Origin: a bacterium
Lineage (GTDB): Bacteria > Electryoneota > Electryoneia > Electryoneales > Electryoneaceae
Assembly: GCA_963669175.1 (NCBI GenBank)
Contig: OY769902.1
Location: forward strand, 3,552,001 to 3,616,000
Reading direction: 5' to 3'
Length of the DNA stretch: 64,000 nucleotides
The notes under the pieces are model-generated. The model was not told the DNA's origin. It searched no databases and saw only the letters and a program-made list of their open reading frames with translations. A program made the position numbers and the translations under genes. Of this stretch, positions 19,556 through 27,801 are shown piece after piece; position 1 is the stretch's first letter; every line of letters begins with the position of its first letter.

Positions 19556-20083
19556 CTACAAATCTTCTTCCAGGTTCGCGGGTTCGTAATATTCCATCGG
19601 GTGTTTGCAGCACGGGCATTTTGCTGGCGGCTCGGTGCCTTCGTGGACGAAACCGCAGACACTGCATTTCCACTGGATCGGCTTTTCACGCTTGTAGACG
19701 GTGCCCTCTTCGACACGCTTTAACAGCTTGGCGTAACGGTCACGGTGATGCTCTTCGACCTTTGCGACCATGGTGAACAGGACCTGAGCCTCGGTCTGGC
19801 CCTCTTCAGCGGCATCCTTGGCGAAGTTCGGGTACATCTCGGTCGCTTCGTAGTTCTCGCCGTTCATCGCGTCACGCAGATTCGAGGCGGTGTCATTCAA
19901 TCTGCCCAACAGGTTAAAATGGTCCTTGGCGTGGCGTTTCTCGTTATCCGCCGTCTCTTCAAACAGTTTGGCGATGTAGTGATACTTTTCCTTGCGTGCG
20001 ACTCCGGCGTAAAACGTGTACATGTTCCGGGCCATGGATTCCCCGGCAAACGCTTCCTGCAGGTTCTTCTCAGTCTTGCTCAT
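19556..20083 (-). CDS. rbr: Rubrerythrin
   Basis: AFAGESMARN, NEKRHA, GENYE, VEEHH; C-terminal WKCSVCG...CPCC rubredoxin-like domain. Confidence 0.95.
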   Translation of the reverse strand: MSKTEKNLQEAFAGESMARNMYTFYAGVARKEKYHYIAKLFEETADNEKRHAKDHFNLLGRLNDTASNLRDAMNGENYEATEMYPNFAKDAAEEGQTEAQVLFTMVAKVEEHHRDRYAKLLKRVEEGTVYKREKPIQWKCSVCGFVHEGTEPPAKCPCCKHPMEYYEPANLEEDL

Positions 20084-20228
20084 GCTTTCGTCTCTCCCAG
20101 TGGCATGGTTGGTATGTGTGTGAAGTTTTCTCAAGCTCCCGTTGCAGTATGGTAGGAAAGCGAACCCCTCTACGCAAGTTCAGCTATGCAATCAGAGACA
20201 CTCGCAAGGGATTCACAGGATGACATAT

Positions 20229-21044
20229 GAAGTGAAAAAAGTAGGCAGTGAAAAAAGTGATGGAAGTAAAAAAAGTAAAAAAAGTAAAGAAGGTAAAAAA
20301 GGTAAAGAAGAAAACAGATTGTCACGAATATTAGCTACTACCATTGGCCCCGCCGGCTTGAAGCACACCGTAGCTTGCGAAGGTGGCTGCCCGGCGGTGG
20401 TCTATTCTAATAAAGAGTTATTCCTTCGGTAGTCTGAAGTGAAAAAAGTAAGCAGTGAAAAAAAGTGAAAAAGGAAACAGATTGTCACGATTATTAGCTA
20501 CGCATGCACCAATTGACATACAGGTTCCGAGCATTCGCAGAATCCCGACAGCAAGCAGTCGGGCCAAACGAGTATTGTCATTGGCCCCGCCGGCTTGAAG
20601 CACGACGCAGCGAAGCGAAGACGGCTGTCCGGCGGTGGTCTATTCTAATAAAGAGTTATTCCTTCGGTAGTCTGAAGTGAAAAAAGTAAGCAGTGAAAAA
20701 AAGTGAAAAAGGAAACAGATTGTCACGATTATTAGCTATGCATACATCAATTGACATACAGGTTCCGAGCATTCGCAGAATCCCGACAGCAAGCAGTCGG
20801 GCCAAACGAGTATTGTCATTGGCCCCGCCGGCTTGAAGCACGACGCAGCGAAGCGAAGACGGCTGTCCGGCGGTGGTCTATTCTAACTAAGAGGCACTCC
20901 TTCGGTAGTCTGAAGTGAAAAAAGTAAGCAGTGAAAAAAAGTGAAAAAGGAAACAGATTGTCACGATTATTAGCTATGCATACATCAATTGACATACAGG
21001 TTCCGAGCATTCGCAGAATCCCGACAGCAAGCAGTCGGGCCAAG
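20229..21044. repeat. Tandem array of a 238-bp structured repeat
   Basis: Anchor AAACAGATTGTCACG at 20312, 20475, 20713 and 20951 (spacing 163, 238, 238). Confidence 0.92.
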
Positions 21045-21329
21045 CTTGGTAGCCTGGACCGCCCCCATATGGCTCCACGTGCCCCTATTCCCCTTCATTG
21101 ACGGTTGCTACAAAAGTTAGGGTGGTCTACCTTTGAGCCAAAATAATCCTGCTGATGCTGGTGTTGAGCGATTTCGTAGCGTCAGACACAAAAGAGCTAA
21201 GAAAATCGACACACTGCTCGTGATTACAGAGTTCGAGTAGCATCATTACTGAGTCGCACGCATCAGACCTGTAACAGGCAGCATTTGTAGACCTGTTTAT
21301 CATGAAGAAGTACATGGTTTAGCAGTGAG

Positions 21330-21733
21330 ACCTCGAGATCCCCGTTCAAGCCGGGGATGACATGGTGTGTGTCGGGGATGACATGATTTGTGAACCAGTG
21401 CTGCCAATAAAACCTCGAGATCCCCGTTCAAGCCGGGGATGACATGGTTGTGTGTCGGGGATGACATGATTTGTGAACCAGTGCTGCCAATAAAACCTCG
21501 AGATCCCCGATCAAGTCGGGGATGACATGGTTGTGTATCGGGGATGACATGATTTGTGAACCAGTGCTGCCAATAAAACCTCGAGATCCCCGTTCAAGCC
21601 GGGGATGACATGGTGTGTGTCGGGGATGACATGATTAGTGAACCAGTGCTGCCAATAAAACCTCGAGATCCCCGATCAAGTCGGGGATGACATGGTTGTG
21701 TATCGGGGATGACATGGTGTCGGGCTGACATGA
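21330..21733. repeat. Tandem array of five 82/83-bp REP-like units
   Basis: ACCTCGAGATCCCCG(T/A)TCAAG(C/T)CGGGGATGACATGG at 21330, 21412, 21495, 21578 and 21660; near-identical inter-hairpin sequence. Confidence 0.93.
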
Positions 21734-21822
21734 CAAGGAATCAGCATCAGGTTCAAGGATCGGTATTATGGTATGAGATCGTGGGCAACTTTGACGATAA
21801 TCTTTACAACTTAGTACCTGTT

Positions 21823-21863
21823 TAACTTTGTAACTTTTGAACTTTCAAGACTTTCAAACTTCC
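21823..21863. repeat. Octamer-period repeat, inverted relative to 17611-17650
   Basis: TAACTTTG TAACTTTT GAACTTTC AAGACTTTC AAACTTCC. Confidence 0.6.
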
Positions 21864-21885
21864 ATAGCGAGTTGGGGGCTTACCC

Positions 21886-23064
21886 ATGAAAATCGGAGTA
21901 CCGAAGGAGACTTTCCCGGGTGAAAGCCGGGTCGCTCTTGTGCCGGATATCGCGGGGCAGTTGGCCAAACGTGGTCACGAGATCTTCGTGGAGAAAGGCG
22001 CGGGAGTACCGGCGGGATTCCCGGATGATTTGTATACCGCGAAGAAGGCAACGCTTCTGGACAATCGCGCGGACGTCTTCAAGCAGGCGGACATGATTTT
22101 GCAGGTACGGATGCTCGGCGCGAATCCTGAGGCAGGTAAAGCTGATCTTCCGTTGATGCGCAAGGATCAGATCCTGATCGGCACCGCTGAACCGTTGAGC
22201 GATCCTGTCCCGGCAAAGAAGTTGGCCGAAGCGGGCGTGACATCGTTCGCACTGGAGCTGGTGCCACGCATTACCCGTGCGCAGAGCATGGACATTCTGT
22301 CCTCCATGGCGACAGTAGCCGGGTACAAGGCTGTGCTGTGGGCCGCTGAGAAGCTGCCGAAGTTCTTCCCCATGTTCATGACCGCCGCCGGGACTATCTC
22401 CCCTGCCAAGGTATTTATCCTGGGCGCGGGTGTGGCCGGATTGCAGGCGATTGCCTCGGCGAAACGTCTGGGCGCGGTAGTGCATGCTTATGATGTCCGC
22501 CCGGTAGTAAAAGAACAGGTGGAATCGCTGGGCGGCAAGTTCGTAGAGCTGGAACTGGAAACCGGCGACGCCCAGGACAAGGGCGGCTACGCGAAAGAAA
22601 TGGGCGAAGAATTCTTACGCAAACAGCGTGAAATGATGCTGCGTGTGGTGGCGGAAAACGATGTGGTCATCACCACGGCCGCCATCCCCGGACGCAAAGC
22701 CCCGATCCTGGTCACCGAGGAGATGGTCAAAGGGATGAGGCCAGGTAGTGTGGTCGTGGATCTGGCAGCGGAGCGTGGCGGCAACTGCGAGCTGACGAAG
22801 GCGGGTGAAGATGTGGACTATAACGGCGTCACCATCATGGGCCCGTTGAATGTCGCGGCGACCATCCCCTTCCATGCCAGCCAGATGTACGCCAAGAACA
22901 TCTCGACCTTCCTGTTGAACATGTTCACCAAGGAAGGCGAGCTGAACCTGAACATGGAAGATGAGATCATAGCGGAGACCATGATGACCCGTGGCGGTGA
23001 AGTGGTCAACGCACGTATCAAAGAAATGATGAGCGCGGGCAGCCCCGCCGGAAAGGAGGCATAA
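21886..23064 (+). CDS. pntAA: NAD(P) transhydrogenase subunit alpha part 1 (dI)
   Basis: MKIGVPKE..GESRVA, RITRAQSMD, GAGVAGLQA, DLAAERGGNC. Confidence 0.96.
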   Translation: MKIGVPKETFPGESRVALVPDIAGQLAKRGHEIFVEKGAGVPAGFPDDLYTAKKATLLDNRADVFKQADMILQVRMLGANPEAGKADLPLMRKDQILIGTAEPLSDPVPAKKLAEAGVTSFALELVPRITRAQSMDILSSMATVAGYKAVLWAAEKLPKFFPMFMTAAGTISPAKVFILGAGVAGLQAIASAKRLGAVVHAYDVRPVVKEQVESLGGKFVELELETGDAQDKGGYAKEMGEEFLRKQREMMLRVVAENDVVITTAAIPGRKAPILVTEEMVKGMRPGSVVVDLAAERGGNCELTKAGEDVDYNGVTIMGPLNVAATIPFHASQMYAKNISTFLLNMFTKEGELNLNMEDEIIAETMMTRGGEVVNARIKEMMSAGSPAGKEA

Positions 23065-23345
23065 TGGACGGCCTGGTTATGCTGCTGACAGTCTTCGTAC
23101 TGGCGATTTTCATCGGGTTCGAAGTGATTACCAAGGTACCGCCGACACTGCATACGCCGTTGATGTCGGGCTCAAACGCCATTTCCGGCATCACTGTCAT
23201 TGGCGCTGTCTTGCTGGCCGGTGAAATCGGTAACCCGATACTCGCAAAGTATGTTGCCACGGCGGCTGTGATTTTCGCCACAATTAACGTGGTTGGCGGA
23301 TTCCTGGTAACTCATCGCATGCTGAAAATGTTCAAGAAGAAATGA
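23064..23345 (+). CDS. pntAB: NAD(P) transhydrogenase subunit alpha part 2
   Basis: VPPTLHTPLMSGSNAISG, NVVGGFLVTHRML. Confidence 0.96.
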   Translation: MDGLVMLLTVFVLAIFIGFEVITKVPPTLHTPLMSGSNAISGITVIGAVLLAGEIGNPILAKYVATAAVIFATINVVGGFLVTHRMLKMFKKK

Positions 23346-23352
23346 GGATATC

Positions 23353-24909
23353 ATGCTGAGTCAGAACGCAGTAAACATTGCATACGTGGTTGCGGCAATC
23401 CTCTTCATTCTTGGCTTGAAGGGCATGGCGCACCCGCGCACAGCGGTGCGTGGTAACGCCCAGGGCGCACTGGGAATGCTGATCGCTATTGTAGCAACCC
23501 TCCTCGTTGGAGGTTTGGAGTTTCATTACATCATCATCGGTGTGGCAATCGGTTCGTTGATCGGTGTCCTGGCGGCGTTGCGGGTCAAAATGACCTCTAT
23601 GCCGGAGATGGTCGGGCTGTTCAACGGGTTCGGCGGTGTGGCTTCGGTATTGGTCGCCGGTGCAGCTCTGATCGCGGCGTTATCCGAAATTCACGGTTCC
23701 CACACGACGGACCTGCAAACCATGATCGCGACAGTCGCCACAGCCATTATCGGCTCGGTGACGTTCTTCGGTAGTTATGTCGCATTTGGCAAACTGGCCG
23801 AATTTCTCGCGGTCAAATGGAAGTTGTACCCCTGGCAGAAGGCGGTCAAATATGGCTTTTCCCTGCTGACCATGGGCGGTTCGGTTTACCTCGGGTACCT
23901 GTACGACTTCACCCGCTGGGAATCCATCGTTATCGCGGCTTCCGGTGTGATCATCGGTGTGCTGCTGCTTCGCAAGAAAGCGCTGTTCCCGGGCATGCAG
24001 ATAGTGAAAGCATTATCCGGGATTCTCGCGATTGCGCTTGGTGTGATGATGGTAATGCAGCCGGACAACATGGCCCTGTTCTGGGCGCTGGTCGGTGTAG
24101 CTGGTGTTCTGGGCGTGTTGCTGACTTTCTCCATTGGTGGCGCGGATATGCCGGTGGTAATCGCGCTGTTGAACTCCTATTCCGGTATCGCCGCAGCGGC
24201 AACCGGTTTCGTGATCAACAACAACGTGCTGATCATTTCCGGTTCCCTGGTAGGCGCTTCGGGAATCATCCTGACCAACATCATGTGCAAAGCGATGAAC
24301 CGCAGCCTGCCAAATGTGCTGTTCGGTGCGATGGGCGCTACTGAAACCGAAGACAACGCGGACGAGGTATATAAGAATGTGAAGGCAACCTCCGCTGATG
24401 AAATCGCGATGATGCTGGAAACGGCCGGTCGTGTTTCCATCATTCCGGGCTACGGTATGGCGGTATCGCAGGCTCAACACACGGTGCGTGACCTGGCGAA
24501 CCTGTTGAAGTCGAAGTACGATGCAGAAGTTGAGTACGCGATTCATCCGGTAGCGGGACGTATGCCCGGTCATATGAACGTGCTGTTGGCCGAAGCGAAT
24601 GTACCGTATGATGAGCTGAAGGAGATGGAAGAAGCCAACGGTACCATGGAAACGGTGGATGTAGCGATTGTGGTTGGCGCCAACGACGTGGTCAATCCAG
24701 TCGCCCGCACCGATCCCAAGAGCCCGATTGCGGGAATGCCGATTATCGACGTGGATAAAGCGCGAACGGTAATTGTGATCAAGCGTTCGCTCAGCCCCGG
24801 TTTCGCCGGGATTCCGAACCCGCTGTTCGCCAATGATAACACCCTGATGTTCTTCAACGACGGCAAGAAAGCCTTCCTTGAAATCATTGAAGCGGTGAAG
24901 GAAAGCTGA
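23353..24909 (+). CDS. pntB: NAD(P) transhydrogenase subunit beta (extended membrane domain)
   Basis: MTSMPEMV, IGGADMPVVIALLNSYSG, PGYGMA, HPVAGRMPGHMNV, GANDVVNP. Confidence 0.96.
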   Translation: MLSQNAVNIAYVVAAILFILGLKGMAHPRTAVRGNAQGALGMLIAIVATLLVGGLEFHYIIIGVAIGSLIGVLAALRVKMTSMPEMVGLFNGFGGVASVLVAGAALIAALSEIHGSHTTDLQTMIATVATAIIGSVTFFGSYVAFGKLAEFLAVKWKLYPWQKAVKYGFSLLTMGGSVYLGYLYDFTRWESIVIAASGVIIGVLLLRKKALFPGMQIVKALSGILAIALGVMMVMQPDNMALFWALVGVAGVLGVLLTFSIGGADMPVVIALLNSYSGIAAAATGFVINNNVLIISGSLVGASGIILTNIMCKAMNRSLPNVLFGAMGATETEDNADEVYKNVKATSADEIAMMLETAGRVSIIPGYGMAVSQAQHTVRDLANLLKSKYDAEVEYAIHPVAGRMPGHMNVLLAEANVPYDELKEMEEANGTMETVDVAIVVGANDVVNPVARTDPKSPIAGMPIIDVDKARTVIVIKRSLSPGFAGIPNPLFANDNTLMFFNDGKKAFLEIIEAVKES

Positions 24910-24929
24910 GAAGACAAACTGGTAATTTC

Positions 24930-24958
24930 AGGGGCTGAAATCAGCCCCTTTTCTTTTC
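24930..24958 (+). terminator. Intrinsic terminator
   Basis: AGGGGCTGAAATCAGCCCCTTTTCTTTT. Confidence 0.8.
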
Positions 24959-25105
24959 ATTCATTAAAAGGCTAAACTACACCCTGATCTCTACTTTCCG
25001 GAGGCTGATTCTCGTTGAACTTTAATAATAGCCTCCGTATTTTGTTGCTCTTCGTGGGGAAGGAGTTAGAGGCCTTTGTTAGCTCAAGGAACATCTATAC
25101 TAACC

Positions 25106-25501
25106 ATGAGTGGAACTCAAACGACGGGTAAAACCACAAATCCCTGCGGGGGGGATTGCCGCGAACGAGTCACGGATCCGAACGAACCGACAAACATCGG
25201 CCGGATTCAGATGATTCTGGCGGAAAAACGGACTTCTTTGGCAGTACTGCGAACAGGATTTGCCTTGATGTCGGTACCGATGTCGCTGGCTGCATTCCTG
25301 ATTGCCACGTCCAAATATTACGACATTCTGACCAACCTCCATTTAGCCATTCCTTTGTTCATGCTGAACACGGTGCTGGTGATATTGGGGGTAGCCTTGA
25401 TTCAGAGGGCATGGAAGCGCATTTTGCGTGAAGACAGAATGATCGCGGACATCAAACGAAGTTGTCCGCATTTGTCGAAGTATATTATTGATAATCCATA
25501 A
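25106..25501 (+). CDS. DUF202/YidH-like small membrane protein
   Basis: LAEKRTSLAVLRTG motif followed by two hydrophobic helices. Confidence 0.7.
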   Translation: MSGTQTTGKTTNPCGGDCRERVTDPNEPTNIGRIQMILAEKRTSLAVLRTGFALMSVPMSLAAFLIATSKYYDILTNLHLAIPLFMLNTVLVILGVALIQRAWKRILREDRMIADIKRSCPHLSKYIIDNP

Positions 25502-25506
25502 CGGTA

Positions 25507-26115
25507 TTGGATGGCGCGATGCGATGGGGAGCGCATAGCAAAGTTCTGTTTTTCTGTATCCTGGTCCTGTCAGGAGTACTCTTCCTCTCTCTCTCCCATT
25601 CGCAAGCGCAACCGATTATTCAAAATATCGAGGCATACTGGACTGAAGGGCTTGCCATTGTTCACCCTGTAGTGCAGCGTCCCCTCAGTTCTGAGGGCAG
25701 GGCAACTCTGAACGCCGGTAATCCTGTCGGTATCAGGGTTCAATTGAAGATTGACGGACAGAACAAGTCCGATAAGCTGGTAATGCATTTCAGGCTTGAA
25801 TACAATGTCTGGGAGAACCGGTTCAGATTGCATACCCCACAGGGCGCTGTTGCCATGACCAATGCAGAAGCCCTGTTTCGATTCTTCAGGGATGATTTCA
25901 CCCTGTTGTTAGAACCGAAAAATTTACCGGGTGAAGGTCCATGGCGGATTACAGTTCGACTGGGGGAAGACCTGCATCCCCGTCTTGGTGAAGATGATAC
26001 CATTGAACGAGAACTGAACTGGCTGGCCGCCTGGTTGTATCGTCGCGGCAGGACAAATATCCTATACAGCGACTGGTCTGAGACAGCAACACTCCCCGGC
26101 CAGGAAAAGCCATGA
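25507..26115 (+). CDS. Exported hypothetical protein (DUF4390-like); start uncertain
   Basis: Signal peptide, RLEYNVWENRFRL; overlaps the downstream kinase as DUF4390 genes do with ntrY. Confidence 0.55.
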   Translation: MDGAMRWGAHSKVLFFCILVLSGVLFLSLSHSQAQPIIQNIEAYWTEGLAIVHPVVQRPLSSEGRATLNAGNPVGIRVQLKIDGQNKSDKLVMHFRLEYNVWENRFRLHTPQGAVAMTNAEALFRFFRDDFTLLLEPKNLPGEGPWRITVRLGEDLHPRLGEDDTIERELNWLAAWLYRRGRTNILYSDWSETATLPGQEKP

Positions 26116-27581
26116 AACTTCGCTGGCGTATTCTCCTGGCGCTGACTTTCGCAGCGCTCCTCCCCCTCATTCCCATGTGGCTGTCCATCTCTTCCACGTT
26201 GAAAACCGGGATTCGCGCCCTGACTCCCGAAACAACCATGGAAGCCCTGGACGGCGGTATTCGCATTGCCCGCATCCAATACCAGACGCTTGTTCAGCAA
26301 CAATTTGCCACACTCAGGCAACTGGTTCATTTTTTTGATCCGAAGCATCCCTATGAGTTCATGCCCCCGACAGTTACGCAGGACAAATCTCTGACCCTGT
26401 ACCTTTCGGACGGTAGTCGTTGGAAAGTCCTCAAGGGCGGCAGTTGGGTTGAAACACTGGGACCACCGGAAAGCGCAAGTGATTCTTTCTCCGAGCTGCC
26501 GGAAATTATCCGTGCTGAAGTCACCAAGGATTCCTGGACTCTGGTGATGGTGAAAAAGCTTGACGAACAGTTCCGAACCGATGCAGAGCAGTTACGCCAT
26601 GCCATGGCGGACTGGACACGAATCGCACCAGAACGTGAACCGCTCATCAACAGCCTGGTATATACCTTCATATTAACTTACCTGCTTTTCCTGGCACTTT
26701 CGTTTATCATCGGTTTCCTGATGTCACGGCATGCTACAAAACGAATTGAGCAACTTACCGATACTGCGGTCGAAGTCGCTGAGGGGCATGAGAATATTCG
26801 TTCCGAAGTGCATGGAACTGATGAGATTGGACAGTTGGCAGCAAGTTTCAACCAGATGCTTGATCGTCTTGACGAAAGCCGGAAGACGGCTGCTGACATG
26901 GAGAAAAAAGCAGCATGGCGCGGTCTGGCACGCATTCTGGCGCATGAAATCAAGAATCCACTTACCCCAATTCAATTATCCGTGCAGCAACTGGCAGATT
27001 CCTATCATGGTGATGATGAGCAGTATGCCAGCACATTGGCTACAACACGTGAAATCGTTGACGAAGAAGTGGAAAGCCTGCGCAAGCTGGTACGTGAATT
27101 CAGCAGCTTTGCCCGTGCACCAAAAATCGATCCGACAGAGGAAGATCCGGCTGAACTTGTTTCAGACCTGCAATCTCTTTACGGTACTGCGTTGAAAACC
27201 AGCGCAACCGTTGCAGCATCTCCCCCATGCAAGTTTGATCGAGAGAAAATCAAGCGCGCGCTGATCAACCTGATTGATAATGGAATGGCCGCAGCAGGTT
27301 CAAACCCACAACTGGAATTGCGGGTGAAGGAAGAAAGGGAATTCCTTGTTTTTGAGGTTGAGGACAATGGTCCCGGCGTTCCTGACGATAAATGCGATAA
27401 AATTTTCGAACCTGATTTCACTACAAAACGGACAGGGATGGGCATCGGACTTCCCGTGGTTCGCACTACTGCCAGTCAGCACGGGGGAACCGTGACCTGC
27501 CACAAAGGCGAAATTTTGGGTGGTGCATTATTTCGCTTGATGATCAAGCGCGTTTCCGAGATACCTGCCGACGAAGAATAA
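26112..27581 (+). CDS. HAMP-domain sensor histidine kinase (NtrY-like)
   Basis: Two TM segments, DEIGQLAASFNQM, AWRGLARILAHEIKNPLTPIQL, N/G1/F/G2 boxes. Confidence 0.93.
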   Translation: MKLRWRILLALTFAALLPLIPMWLSISSTLKTGIRALTPETTMEALDGGIRIARIQYQTLVQQQFATLRQLVHFFDPKHPYEFMPPTVTQDKSLTLYLSDGSRWKVLKGGSWVETLGPPESASDSFSELPEIIRAEVTKDSWTLVMVKKLDEQFRTDAEQLRHAMADWTRIAPEREPLINSLVYTFILTYLLFLALSFIIGFLMSRHATKRIEQLTDTAVEVAEGHENIRSEVHGTDEIGQLAASFNQMLDRLDESRKTAADMEKKAAWRGLARILAHEIKNPLTPIQLSVQQLADSYHGDDEQYASTLATTREIVDEEVESLRKLVREFSSFARAPKIDPTEEDPAELVSDLQSLYGTALKTSATVAASPPCKFDREKIKRALINLIDNGMAAAGSNPQLELRVKEEREFLVFEVEDNGPGVPDDKCDKIFEPDFTTKRTGMGIGLPVVRTTASQHGGTVTCHKGEILGGALFRLMIKRVSEIPADEE

Positions 27582-27582
27582 C

Positions 27583-27598
27583 TGGCGTCCAGTTTGCT
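27583..27598 (+). promoter_or_regulatory. Sigma54-type promoter upstream of tricorn gene
   Basis: TGGCGTCCAGTTTGCT = TGGC-N7-TTGC. Confidence 0.5.
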
Positions 27599-27801
27599 TT
27601 TATGCGTGACACTACAGAAACTTTTAGCCGGAGCCGACTGGTTTTCAATTAGTTAGTACCTTTCATGTTCAAACTGGCACTGTTGCGTGTGCCATTTTGC
27701 ATTTTTTTTGTGTGTCATTTTGCTACGAATATGTCCTTCCCATATGAAAGCTGGTTGGCAACGCATACTCTTTTCAACACATACATTTTAAGGAGGCATA
27801 C

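Noticed and set aside
20418-21043. Repeated 61-75 aa ORFs (MLQAGGAND...)
   Set aside because: They are by-products of the 238-bp repeat, with no RBS and a frame not preserved in the dispersed copy.
21050-21329. Possible gene remnant or RNA between the two arrays
   Set aside because: No convincing ORF, repeat or structure could be supported by eye.
21330-21733. CRISPR array
   Set aside because: Inter-repeat segments are near-identical rather than unique spacers; no cas genes in the window.
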